In this document: positions 18,447 through 26,987 of the stretch, piece by piece
Numbering within the stretch: the stretch's first letter is position 1
Layout of the letters: every line of letters starts with the position of its first letter
Source: Myxococcales bacterium
GTDB lineage: Bacteria > Myxococcota_A > Polyangia > Polyangiales > Polyangiaceae
Assembly (NCBI GenBank): GCA_023248815.1
Contig: JAHFDV010000002.1
Coordinates: 1 to 40,898, forward strand
Reading direction: 5' to 3'
DNA: 40,898 nucleotides
Notes under the pieces: generated by a model
Databases searched by the model: none
Seen by the model: the letters and a program-made list of their open reading frames with translations, nothing else
What the model was told of the DNA's origin: nothing
Translations under genes and position numbers: made by a program

Positions 18447-18505
18447 AGGAGAGGAAGGGATTCGAACCCTCGGTACGGTTGCCCGCACACATGATTTCCA
18501 AGCAT
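18447..18505 (-). repeat. Displaced 3' half of tRNA-Ser (acceptor 3' strand, T-arm, variable arm, anticodon stem-loop); left att junction
   Basis: It shares GGGATTCGAACCCTCGGT (18457-18474) and CACACATGATTTCCAA (18486-18501) with the full tRNA at 34473-34559. Beyond 18505 it lacks the 5' anticodon-stem strand, the D-arm and the 5' acceptor strand. Confidence 0.85.
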
Positions 18506-18768
18506 ACCCATCGTCCTCGGAAAACCGGAGCGCTGAAGATGCTTCAGAAATAAGTCCGTGTAACCCTCACGTATCCACTGAACGCAGGGCAGACGATGGG
18601 CAATCCGAGGAGCTCGACCGGGCTCTGACGGCGGCCCTCGAGGGGGCTACGGCCGATCGGCGTTGGGATGTCGTAGCACAGCTCGTGAAGGAGCTCGAAG
18701 CACGCAGGCTCGGCAGAGAGCCGAACGTCATTCCTCTCGATGCGAAGCGCAAGGGCAGGCGGGGATAG
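18502..18768 (+). other. Start-less coding-like segment in frame with the att core; predicted alternative C-terminal tail of Int in the excised (attP) form
   Basis: The frame reading the core as T-H-D-F-Q stays open for 88 more codons (AYPSSSENRS...ELDRALTAALEGATADRRWDVVAQLVKELEARRLGREPNVIPLDAKRKGRRG*). It has GC-rich third positions and no ATG, GTG or TTG start of its own. The int ORF uses the same frame at the right-hand core. Confidence 0.4.
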
Positions 18769-18866
18769 GCGTCGCGTTCGCGAGCCTGCCGTCGTCGCTC
18801 ACTCGGAGCGTTCCAAGACGGCGGCAGGCTTGTGAGCATGACGCTTACGAGAAGGATGAAACGACC

Positions 18867-19484
18867 ATGGCACACGATGTACTAAGCACGAACACCTGGG
18901 ACGCGGCGATCGCATTCGAACCGACGAACGAGCAGATCGCGATCGAGTGCGCGCGCTGGCTCTATTCAAAAGCCGGCGCTGATTGGGACGCGGGCGACCG
19001 CGTGACAGTGGGCGATCTTCGCGTGGCTCTTGGCTACGAGACGCGAATATTCCCGCTCCGTGCGGGGGCCGCGCTGGGACGCTTTGCAGAAGACTTCCGT
19101 CCCGTGCTTCCGGGCTGGCCGGTTTCGGACGAGGGCTCTCGGTTTCTGGTCCTTCATGCCTCGGTGATTCACAAAGGCGACAAGACGCGCGCATTCGTCG
19201 GGCAGCTCCTCGCCGAGGAAGCGCTACGTGCGATGGGCGTAGGTCGGTCGGCGCGTGCTTGCAGCATCCTGCGCGAAGTCGGACACCTGCTCGCCTGCCG
19301 TGGCGCTGGCATCGAGCTGAAGCGAGACGAAACGATTAGGGACGCCGAATACTGGAATCGGGTCATCGACCAAGACGAGGCGATCGCACGCAAGCGGCAG
19401 CCCGGCGTGTGGCGTCGAATCGATCGAGACGCACGACGTAGCGACAAGCGAGGTCGCCACAGCGAAGGCACGGAGCGCGCATGA
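18867..19484 (+). CDS. Hypothetical protein (element left-end cargo gene 1)
   Basis: The ATG at 18867 is preceded by GAAGGA. The 205-aa product has no motif I recognise. The stop overlaps the next start (ATGA). Confidence 0.6.
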   Translation: MAHDVLSTNTWDAAIAFEPTNEQIAIECARWLYSKAGADWDAGDRVTVGDLRVALGYETRIFPLRAGAALGRFAEDFRPVLPGWPVSDEGSRFLVLHASVIHKGDKTRAFVGQLLAEEALRAMGVGRSARACSILREVGHLLACRGAGIELKRDETIRDAEYWNRVIDQDEAIARKRQPGVWRRIDRDARRSDKRGRHSEGTERA

Positions 19485-19828
19485 TCGATCTCACGAGCAC
19501 CCATCACAAGGTGAAGAAGACAATCGAGGAGGTGCAGCGATCGGGGAAGCCCCTTCGCGAGCGGGCGAAGATGATTCGAGAAGCCCTCGCAGAGCTGCAT
19601 TGCCGCGCGCGCGGCGAAGACGTGCCGTTCACCGACGCGTCGATTCGTGCCCTCATGTGCGTCCTCGCTGTCGCGTGGAACTACACGGGCGAGGCCTCTC
19701 TTTTGGAGATCCTCGAACGCTGGCAGACGACAGCCGTCGACAAGATGCTCGATTCACTCGCCATCAATCCCGACGACGAGGCCGAGGTCCTTCGGTTCGT
19801 CGATGGCGGAAAGCGGCGGCGCAAATGA
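19481..19828 (+). CDS. Hypothetical protein (cargo gene 2)
   Basis: The 115-aa ORF is translationally coupled at both ends (ATGA overlaps at 19481 and 19825). Confidence 0.6.
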   Translation: MIDLTSTHHKVKKTIEEVQRSGKPLRERAKMIREALAELHCRARGEDVPFTDASIRALMCVLAVAWNYTGEASLLEILERWQTTAVDKMLDSLAINPDDEAEVLRFVDGGKRRRK

Positions 19829-20646
19829 GAGCTTCGCCAGCACTACAAAGCGCCATCAGCAAACCTCTGGAATCGAAGGACATTCCGCCGAAAGACAGGG
19901 CGAGAGGCATCCGAATTGCGCCATCGGCCGCGGTTCAGTCGTACGATGACATCGTGCCTCGCAGCGGAGAGAAGCCGGGTCGAAAGGGTCGACTTCCTCT
20001 CGCGGAACTCGCAGATCGCGAGCTCGTCGCTCAAGCCGTTCCGATTGTGTGGCGGGCGATGCGGGAGCTTCAAGAACTCCGCTCTACCGAAGGCGCTTCG
20101 GACGCGGCGCTCGCGCATCTCGATGAGATGAGGATCGTGCTCGAAGCCGTGCGGCTCTCTTTAGGACCGAAGCTCGCCGAGCGCACCGTTGTTAGCGTGG
20201 CAGATCTGTTGCGCGCAAAATGGGCGAGGGATGCGAAGTCTTCTCTCACGAGCAACGGGTGGTCGTTCGTGCACGGCAGACTGCCCGAAGAGGACGCCGC
20301 TGCGAAGGTAGTCAAGCTGCTGCCACCAATCCCAGGCACTGCGGTGCTCTCGCAAGAGGAAGCGACGTCGCGTGCTGAAATCGCGGTGACGTTTCTGTCG
20401 GAGTTCGTGCCGCCCTCGGTGAGGCGTCAACCTGGATGGTTCGAGAGCGTCGTGGGCAAGACTGAGAAGGCCATGGTGTCGGCGAAGGAGCGATACTTCT
20501 CCGTTTCCTCTGAGGAGCAGACACGACTCGCTCTCAATGCGCTTGGCCTGAAAGCATCGAACTTCTTTCGAACCAAGAAAAAGAAAGCCAGCAAGCTCAC
20601 ACTCCTGAGTGTGAGCCCACCTGCGTCGAAGCGCTCGCGACGCTAA
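19825..20646 (+). CDS. Hypothetical protein with a Lys/Arg-rich C-terminus (cargo gene 3)
   Basis: The internal ATG of tracked ORF 19600-20646 overlaps the preceding stop. The product is 273 aa, from MRASPALQSAISKPLE... to ...FFRTKKKKASKLTLLSVSPPASKRSRR. Confidence 0.6.
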   Translation: MRASPALQSAISKPLESKDIPPKDRARGIRIAPSAAVQSYDDIVPRSGEKPGRKGRLPLAELADRELVAQAVPIVWRAMRELQELRSTEGASDAALAHLDEMRIVLEAVRLSLGPKLAERTVVSVADLLRAKWARDAKSSLTSNGWSFVHGRLPEEDAAAKVVKLLPPIPGTAVLSQEEATSRAEIAVTFLSEFVPPSVRRQPGWFESVVGKTEKAMVSAKERYFSVSSEEQTRLALNALGLKASNFFRTKKKKASKLTLLSVSPPASKRSRR

Positions 20647-20661
20647 CGGCCTCATCGCATC

Positions 20662-20865
20662 GTGCTCATCATGAGCACCGAACAACGCACCCTCGCGCTG
20701 AAGCTTGCAGCCACTGCAGACGTCGATCCGCGGACGGCGTTGAAGGCACTCACGCGTGGCATCGCGTCGGTGCGCGGCCGCGCGGCTGAAAAGCTCAGCG
20801 AAGCGGCGCACTCCCTAGGCGCCCGATTTCCTTCCGACCCGCCCCCTCCGGGCGTCGCCGCCTAA
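20662..20865 (+). CDS. Small hypothetical protein (cargo gene 4)
   Basis: The 67-aa ORF (possibly starting at 20671, MSTEQR) has GC-rich third positions and is followed by a hairpin and T-run. Confidence 0.45.
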   Translation: MLIMSTEQRTLALKLAATADVDPRTALKALTRGIASVRGRAAEKLSEAAHSLGARFPSDPPPPGVAA

Positions 20866-20886
20866 CCATCAACCCGAGCGCGCACG

Positions 20887-20941
20887 CCGTTCGCACAAAA
20901 AAGCGAACGGCCCGGGGGTCGCATCCCGAGCCGCTCTTTTT
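20887..20941 (+). terminator. Terminator-like hairpins ending the left-end module
   Basis: A perfect 8-bp stem, CCGTTCGC (20887-20894) with GCGAACGG (20903-20910), is followed by a second imperfect GC hairpin and TTTTT (20937-20941). Confidence 0.5.
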
Positions 20942-20952
20942 GGAGTCCAGCA

Positions 20953-21288
20953 ATGAAGAATCGTAATCAGAAAGACGAAGAACGCAAGCCGAACGAAACG
21001 GGGAATGTGCATGCAATCGCGTCCGTGCTCCCGTTCACAATCTCGGCAGCCAACTGCGAGCTGCTAACGGGCCGGCCGTGGACGGCGACGCTCGCATGGG
21101 CGAAGCGGAAGGGACTTCCGATTGTCTCCACGCGGCCTCCGGCCATCCTCGCGCGGCCGTTGCTGAAGCTCCTCGAGGAGGAGGCGCAAGCGGGAGAGCT
21201 CGAGAGCGTGAACGAAGAGACGTCGACCTCGAGCGCGGACGACGTACTTGCGGCCGTCGGCCTTCGTCGCATGGGCGGTGCGAAGTGA
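20953..21288 (+). CDS. Putative DNA-binding protein (HTH-like); first gene of the long rightward operon
   Basis: The 111-aa product has an HTH-like segment, ISAANCELLTGRPWTATLAWAKRKGLPIV, and an acidic C-terminal part. Confidence 0.5.
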   Translation: MKNRNQKDEERKPNETGNVHAIASVLPFTISAANCELLTGRPWTATLAWAKRKGLPIVSTRPPAILARPLLKLLEEEAQAGELESVNEETSTSSADDVLAAVGLRRMGGAK

Positions 21289-21497
21289 GTCGTAACCGCG
21301 AAGGCGCCGTGGACAACTCAGAACAACTTCGCATTGCTGCGCGCTCCGTCGCCAACGTGCGGCTGCTTCACGAGGTCTCGTGCGGCGTAAGCGGCTGTCT
21401 CGCGCCAGCGCGTCAGTTTCGCGTGCCGCCGTCGCAGCCCTATGCCGTCGTGCCCGTCTGCTCGAAGCACAAGATTCACTGGGCGGAGGTGGCATGA
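21285..21497 (+). CDS. Small Cys/His protein (possible zinc-binding)
   Basis: The GTG start overlaps the preceding stop (GTGA). The 70-aa product reads ...VSCGVSGCLAPARQF...VVPVCSKHKIHW. Confidence 0.45.
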   Translation: MSRNREGAVDNSEQLRIAARSVANVRLLHEVSCGVSGCLAPARQFRVPPSQPYAVVPVCSKHKIHWAEVA

Positions 21498-22345
21498 GCT
21501 GGCTTCGCATCGACGATCGCGCGCACTCGCACATCAAGTTCCTTCGAGCCGGTCACGAGGCGACCGGCTTCTGGATGATGTGCGGCTCCTACGCGGCAGA
21601 TCACGAGCTAAACGGCGAGGTTCCTCGGGAGTTTGCCGAGCGTTTGGCGGGATCTCCTCAAGCTCTTCGCCGCCTTTCGTCAAAACTTATCGCCGTTGGT
21701 CTCTGGGAAGTTTCGGAGACCGGTTGGCGCATGCACGACTACCTCGCGTGGAACCCGTCACGCGAAGAACTCGAACGAAAACGAGTGGATGCTTCGGCAA
21801 AAGGGCGAAAGGGAGCGGGCGCACGATGGGGATCTCGTGATGCCACGGGCATAGCTGCGGGCAATGCCACGGGCATAGCGGCAAGCAATGCGGCCTGTAT
21901 GCCCCCGTCCCGTCCCGACCCGACCAGTCCCAGAGAGAGAGAAAAAGATCTCCCTTCGGGAGATGTAAAAACCCCCACCGCCAAGAGCGCGTCTTCGGCG
22001 AAGCGGGGCGAGCGCCTTCCCGAAAACTGGCAGGCATCGCCGGAGCTCCTCGCGAAGCTTCGTTCGAAGTTCAAGGTCGATGCGGCTGCAGCCGTTGACC
22101 GCTTCAAGAATCACTGGCTCGCTGCCAGCGGCCGCAACGCGACAAAGCTCGATTGGAATCGAGCGTTCGAAAACTGGGTCGACGAGGACACGAGCCGCGG
22201 GAAGCTCCCGGTGTGGATTGCGCCGCGCCCGCGCCTCGCAAAGGTCGCGGACGTTGGCTTCGCGCTCGACGGCGAAAAGCTCATCGACGCTCGAGCGCAA
22301 ATCACCGAACTCGAAAACAAGATCTCCGCTGGGGTGCTTCGATGA
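21494..22345 (+). CDS. Putative phage replication organizer/initiator (lambda O / DnaD-like role)
   Basis: The ATGA-coupled start gives an N-terminus MSWLRIDDRAHSHIKFLRAGHEATGFWMMCGSYAA. The C-terminus LPENWQASPELLAKL...VDRFKNHWLAASGRNATKLDWNRAFENWV resembles C-terminal motifs of phage replication proteins. It lies directly upstream of the primase and helicase genes. Confidence 0.5.
   Translation: MSWLRIDDRAHSHIKFLRAGHEATGFWMMCGSYAADHELNGEVPREFAERLAGSPQALRRLSSKLIAVGLWEVSETGWRMHDYLAWNPSREELERKRVDASAKGRKGAGARWGSRDATGIAAGNATGIAASNAACMPPSRPDPTSPREREKDLPSGDVKTPTAKSASSAKRGERLPENWQASPELLAKLRSKFKVDAAAAVDRFKNHWLAASGRNATKLDWNRAFENWVDEDTSRGKLPVWIAPRPRLAKVADVGFALDGEKLIDARAQITELENKISAGVLR
21841..21888 (+). 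repeat. Tandem 24-bp repeat inside the replication-organizer gene (candidate iterons)
   Basis: TGCCACGGGCATAGCTGCGGGCAA (21841-21864) is followed by TGCCACGGGCATAGCGGCAAGCAA (21865-21888). Together they encode ATGIAAGNATGIAASN. Confidence 0.7.
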
Positions 22346-23418
22346 GCGCCTCGACGAACCGACCCGACTACGCACGCGAGATTCGCTATGCGCTCACCGA
22401 CGCTCGAGCGCTTTGCGACGCCCTCGGGCTCCTCGCTCGCGGCAAGTGGTCGAAGCAGCCGCGGGGCGTAATCGTCGCGTGTCCCTGGCACGATGACCGC
22501 TCGCCGTCCTGCTCCGTCCGCGTCGCAAAGGACGGCACGATCTCGGCAAAGTGCTTCTCGTGCGACCAATCGGGCGACGCGCTCGCGCTCATCGCGCAGG
22601 TGCGAGGCATCTCGCTCACGCGTGAGTTTCCCGCCGTCCTCCTCGAGGCCGCCGAGCTTGCAGGCCTTCATGCGATCGCGCACGAACTTCGAACGGGCGC
22701 CCCGTCCGCCGAAGCTCGCCAGCCGGCGGCGCTTCCGCCAGTGTCCACCGAACCCGAGCGGGACTATCCCGCGCGCAGCGAAGTGCTTGCGCTCTGGGAG
22801 CGCGCAGGGGACGTGAGCGACGACCACGAGGCCGCGGCATGGCTGCGCTCTCGCGGCATGGATCGCTTCGCGGTGGCCGGCGCTGACGTCGTTCGGTGCC
22901 TTCCACCGAAGGCTCGTCTTCCGCGCTGGGCGAGCTACCGCGGCCGTTCGTGGGTGGAGACGGGGCATCGACTCGTCTTCGCGATGCGCGACGCCAGCGG
23001 GTCGCTGAGGAGCCTTCGCGCGTGTCGCATCGTCGAGGGCGACTCGCCGAAACGTCTACCGCCGGGCGGTCACCGGGCGAGCGGCCTCGTGCTCGCATGC
23101 GGTCTGGCGACGGCGATGCTTGCGGGGACGTACCGCCCTCGCCTCGTGGTGATCTCGGAGGGCGAGCCCGACTTCCTGACGTGGGCCTCGCGTCCCGGCA
23201 TGGCCCCGACGGCGCGGATCGGAATCGTTTCCGGCTCGTGGTCCGAATCCTTCGCCGCGCGCTTCCCGTCCGCCGCCTACGGCGCTCCCTGCACGGTCGT
23301 GATCCGAACCGACCGCGACGAAGCAGGAACCCGATACGCGAAAGAGATTGCTCCGTCGCTCCAGCAACGCGGCTGCCTCGTTCGTTGGACTCCTCGTGAG
23401 GTGCGCCATGCTGCATGA
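22342..23418 (+). CDS. DNA primase (CHC2 zinc finger plus TOPRIM)
   Basis: CPWHDDRSPSCSV...KCFSCDQSGDALALI is a CHC2 zinc finger. The TOPRIM-like motifs are VVISEGEPDFLT and VIRTDRDEAG. The start is ATGA-coupled. Confidence 0.8.
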   Translation: MSASTNRPDYAREIRYALTDARALCDALGLLARGKWSKQPRGVIVACPWHDDRSPSCSVRVAKDGTISAKCFSCDQSGDALALIAQVRGISLTREFPAVLLEAAELAGLHAIAHELRTGAPSAEARQPAALPPVSTEPERDYPARSEVLALWERAGDVSDDHEAAAWLRSRGMDRFAVAGADVVRCLPPKARLPRWASYRGRSWVETGHRLVFAMRDASGSLRSLRACRIVEGDSPKRLPPGGHRASGLVLACGLATAMLAGTYRPRLVVISEGEPDFLTWASRPGMAPTARIGIVSGSWSESFAARFPSAAYGAPCTVVIRTDRDEAGTRYAKEIAPSLQQRGCLVRWTPREVRHAA

Positions 23419-24931
23419 GACACGCGATGACAACGCGCTCCACGTCGCAGGAGAGCTCCCGATTGATCCGACCGCGGACGCCGTGCCGATGCCGCCGGAC
23501 ACGTCCGCGCGCCAAGCGACCCTGCAGCTCGTCACGGCGGACACGGACGCGCGCCGGCTCGCGACGCCGATCGATCACATCGCCGAAGCTCAGCTGCTTG
23601 GAATGATCCTTTGGGCGGGCAAGCACTCGCCCGGGGCCGTGACGATGGGGATGGTTCGAGACCTCGTCGATGCCGGGAAATTCGCGCTATCCGCGCATCA
23701 GACGATAGCTACCGCGATCGTTCAGCTTGAACAGTCGGGCGCCGGCGTCGATCCGGTGTCAGTTCATTCCGAGCTCGTACGCACGTCGATTGCTCGAACC
23801 GTGGGCGGAATCGACTACCTCGAGAAGCTCACGAGCTCCGTGGGCGTTCCAACCGAGAAGAGCCTGCGCGAGCACGCAGCGTCGATCCGTCAGATGTGGG
23901 ATCGACGCGGGCTGATGAAGCTCGGTCGGTTCTTCGAGGAGCGCGCGAAGAAGGCGAGCTCGAGCGCGGAGGCACTCACGGATGCGCGCCGTGCGTTCGA
24001 GGAGTACGCAACCAAAGTCGGCGCGACATCGACGGGTACCGTCTCGCTTGCGACATGCACCGCGACGGTGATCCGTCAGGTGCTCGAGGAGCGCAAAGAC
24101 GGCTTCCGAACGGGACTTGAAACCCTCGACGATCTGACGGGCGGTTTCTTTCCGGGAGAGTTCTCGATCCTCGGAGCGCGCACTTCGGTCGGCAAGAGCG
24201 CGTTCGCGCTCCAATGCGGCATAGGCACCGTCGATCACAATGAGAACGCAGCAGTGCTTTTCATCACCCTCGAGATGACTGGCATGGCGTTCTCTCGCCG
24301 CGCTCTGGCCGCCATGGCTGGCGTTCAAACGAACAAGCTGCGGCGCGGCCTGATCAATCAAAGCGAGTACTCGCGGCTGATGGCGGCGGCTCAGCAGATC
24401 GAAACGAAAGCCATCACGTTCGCCGAATCCCAAAGCCAGACGGTCGCGAGCATCGAGGCGCTCGCGAGAAGCCACGCGGAGGCTCTGGCGCGTAGCGGGA
24501 AGCGTCTCGCGCTCGTCGTGATCGATCACGTCGGGCTCGTGCAACCCGACGCCGCTTCGCAAAAGAAGAATCGCGAGCAGCAGGTAGCCGAGACGTCGCG
24601 CGCGTGCGTGCGCATGGCGGCCGAGCTGAACTGCGCCGTGCTCGGACTAGTGCAGATCAAGCGCGAAGCCGAGGGCCAGAACGGCAGCAAGATGCCGCGC
24701 CTTCACCATCTTCGCGAGAGCGGCGCGCTCGAGCAGGACGCACACAATGTGCTGATCCTTCACCGCGCACGCGACGCGAGTGGCGCGCGCTTCGAAGATG
24801 AGCCCGCCGTGCTCGCGCTCGCGAAGGCGCGCGACGACGAACCCGCGATCGTACGTCTTGGTTTCGAGTCAGCGAAGCAGCGCTTCTTCGACCTCCAATA
24901 CGAAGAACGATCGGTGGAGGTCGCGCCATGA
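23408..24931 (+). CDS. DnaB-family replicative helicase
   Basis: The N-terminal DnaB-like domain reads IAEAQLLGMIL...GIDYLEKL. The motifs are LDDLTGGFFPGEFSILGARTSVGKSAFAL (Walker A), LVVIDHVGL (Walker B) and QIKREAE. The start MLHETR at 23408 overlaps the primase stop by 11 nt. Confidence 0.85.
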   Translation: MLHETRDDNALHVAGELPIDPTADAVPMPPDTSARQATLQLVTADTDARRLATPIDHIAEAQLLGMILWAGKHSPGAVTMGMVRDLVDAGKFALSAHQTIATAIVQLEQSGAGVDPVSVHSELVRTSIARTVGGIDYLEKLTSSVGVPTEKSLREHAASIRQMWDRRGLMKLGRFFEERAKKASSSAEALTDARRAFEEYATKVGATSTGTVSLATCTATVIRQVLEERKDGFRTGLETLDDLTGGFFPGEFSILGARTSVGKSAFALQCGIGTVDHNENAAVLFITLEMTGMAFSRRALAAMAGVQTNKLRRGLINQSEYSRLMAAAQQIETKAITFAESQSQTVASIEALARSHAEALARSGKRLALVVIDHVGLVQPDAASQKKNREQQVAETSRACVRMAAELNCAVLGLVQIKREAEGQNGSKMPRLHHLRESGALEQDAHNVLILHRARDASGARFEDEPAVLALAKARDDEPAIVRLGFESAKQRFFDLQYEERSVEVAP

Positions 24932-25332
24932 AGCGCCACGGAAGACCCGTCGCGTCGTCGCGACGTCCAGCAACGGGCAACACTCCGAGCGAGCTTCGTC
25001 CCCTCGTACCGCTCGCAGTGAAAGCCCTAAGCGGCTCGCCGTTCGCCTCTCCCGCGAAATGGCCTCACGCTGTAGTGATCCTGCGCGCCGACGAGAGGAG
25101 CGTGTCGCATCGGAGCGCATTCGCCGCATGGCTCTCTGCCAACGATCTCGGAGCGCTCGCTAACGAGGCCCGCAGGCGCGTCGTGAGGCCCGGCGAGGCT
25201 CTCGTCTACGTCGATGTCGACACCTCCGAATTTGCGATCGCCCGCTTTTACGTCCTCGACGTCTTCGCCGCAGCGAGCGCGGAGATCGCACGATCTGAAA
25301 CCACGAACCACGAAAAGGAAAATCAGCCATGA
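24928..25332 (+). CDS. Hypothetical protein
   Basis: The 134-aa ORF is ATGA-coupled at both ends. Confidence 0.55.
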   Translation: MKRHGRPVASSRRPATGNTPSELRPLVPLAVKALSGSPFASPAKWPHAVVILRADERSVSHRSAFAAWLSANDLGALANEARRRVVRPGEALVYVDVDTSEFAIARFYVLDVFAAASAEIARSETTNHEKENQP

Positions 25333-26384
25333 ATAAGCAAATCGAAGAACTCACGATGAAAGCTGCGCAATCGAAAGCGGCGGAGAGCAAAGCGCACGAC
25401 GAACTAAGTCGCTGCGAGCGCGCTTACGTCGCCGACCGATCGGACGCTGCCTACAAGGCTCTTCAGAAGGCACGTCAAGACGTTGAGCGCGCATCGATGC
25501 ACGCAGAAGCCGATGCCACGACCCTCGCTGACGCGACCGAGGCCGCTGCGAACGACGAGAGAGCCCGAAAGATCTCGGAGCTTCGAGCGCGACGTGACGT
25601 GCGGCTGCTCGACGACACGATGCGAGTCGCGATCATCGATTCGACGTACCTCTTGAATCAGGTGCTGCGCACGCTCGATGAGCGCGGCAACGCGCTCAAG
25701 CTCGCGGACGCCGAACTAGGGCAGCTCGTGGCTCTCGAGAAGGAGTCACCGCGGGATCGAAAGGAAGACGCCTATAGCGAACTCCGCGATCTTATCGGCG
25801 CGTGCCAGTTCTTTGCGGAGCGCGGCCCAACGCACCTCGCTGCGAACCCTTCGCCTTCGAAGCCTGCATTGGAGCGCGTGCGCCGGCACCTCCCGGAGCT
25901 CGCGTCGTCGTATGACGACCGACGCGCCAGAGAAGCTCAAGAGCGCGAGCGGGTAGCGCTCGAGTTCGACGCAGCAGATCGCGCCCACAGAGGCGTGTGC
26001 ACCATTCACAATCGCGCTCCCTGGTCGACATTCGTTCGCGTCGATGGCGGTAGGACGATCGAGGGGGAGTTCATCGGACCTCGTCGCCTCGAGATCGATG
26101 GTGGTGAGGTCATCCGTCTTCGGGTCGGTCACTTTGCCGGAGACCGGGTCACGAATGCAGACGTCGAGCGCTTCCACTTGGACGAGATACTCACCGTCAC
26201 GCTCGAGCTTGGCGAGGACGCCTTCGCGCGGGGGAGCGTGGTGAGCACATTCACTGAGCGGCAGATCAACTGGAAGGAGAAGACGAGCGAGCGCGTGAAG
26301 GAGTTTGAGGATCGCGAGCGCCAACGACTATTCAACGCGACCCGAGCTCCGGGCCAAACCAGCCGAGACGGAGCGGAGGCCTGA
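25329..26384 (+). CDS. Hypothetical coiled-coil protein
   Basis: The 351-aa product has a long helical, charged N-terminal half and a beta-rich-looking C-terminal half. I recognise no motif. Confidence 0.6.
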   Translation: MNKQIEELTMKAAQSKAAESKAHDELSRCERAYVADRSDAAYKALQKARQDVERASMHAEADATTLADATEAAANDERARKISELRARRDVRLLDDTMRVAIIDSTYLLNQVLRTLDERGNALKLADAELGQLVALEKESPRDRKEDAYSELRDLIGACQFFAERGPTHLAANPSPSKPALERVRRHLPELASSYDDRRAREAQERERVALEFDAADRAHRGVCTIHNRAPWSTFVRVDGGRTIEGEFIGPRRLEIDGGEVIRLRVGHFAGDRVTNADVERFHLDEILTVTLELGEDAFARGSVVSTFTERQINWKEKTSERVKEFEDRERQRLFNATRAPGQTSRDGAEA

Positions 26385-26386
26385 CG

Positions 26387-26959
26387 ATGGCGAATCCGAT
26401 GAAGACGGCAATCTACCTGCCGAAGCTGCTTGCTGCCCTCGACGTGGCTACCCCTGAAGAAGCGGTCGGCGCGATCGAAGGGTTGAAGGCGCAGGCCGAG
26501 CACGTCGACGCGCTAACTCTCGAGCTTGCGAAGCTGAAAAGGTTCGCCGGTGAGAAAGACGTGAGCGAGATCCTGCGAGTGGGCGAGGAAGCGGGCAAGA
26601 TCACGCCCGCGAACAAGGCCTCGTTCCTGGAGATCTGCGGAGCGACCGTCGCGAAAATGGATGAGCGCGGCCGCGTCGTCGCTTCGAAGAGCAAGACGGG
26701 CCACGTCGACGTGCGTGGCGTGCCGCTCGAGACGCTTCCCGATGTCGCACGGCTAAGCACGCTCATAGCCAGCCTTCCCGTCATCGCACCACGAGAGCCG
26801 ACGAGGACGCGCGCGCCGGGCGAGAGCGGTTCACGTCTCAGCGCACGGCAAAAGGCCACCGTGAAGCGGCTTGGCGTCACCGAGGAGGATTACATCGCGC
26901 AATACAACGCGATCGTTGCAGGCCCGGAAGACCTCACCCCGATCGACACCGATCGGTAA
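26387..26959 (+). CDS. Phage scaffold-like protein (Mu gpI/Z-type motifs)
   Basis: LDVATPEEAVGAIEGLKAQ, the GKITPANKASFLE motif, and the C-terminal LSARQKATVKRLGVTEEDYIAQY are all patterns common in phage protease/scaffold proteins. The family is recalled, not searched. Confidence 0.55.
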   Translation: MANPMKTAIYLPKLLAALDVATPEEAVGAIEGLKAQAEHVDALTLELAKLKRFAGEKDVSEILRVGEEAGKITPANKASFLEICGATVAKMDERGRVVASKSKTGHVDVRGVPLETLPDVARLSTLIASLPVIAPREPTRTRAPGESGSRLSARQKATVKRLGVTEEDYIAQYNAIVAGPEDLTPIDTDR

Positions 26960-26987
26960 GCGCAACCAAGGGAGCGAAGGAGCACGC

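Noticed and set aside
18447-18505. Possible second functional tRNA-Ser gene
   Set aside because: Only the 3' half is present. The 5' strand of the anticodon stem has two mismatches (TATGC versus TCATG), and no D-arm or 5' acceptor strand follows. I interpret it as the displaced att-site copy.
21841-21888. Tandem repeat as a possible CRISPR or minisatellite
   Set aside because: There are only two 24-bp units with no spacers, in frame inside a coding region. It is not a CRISPR array. I kept it only as a candidate iteron pair.
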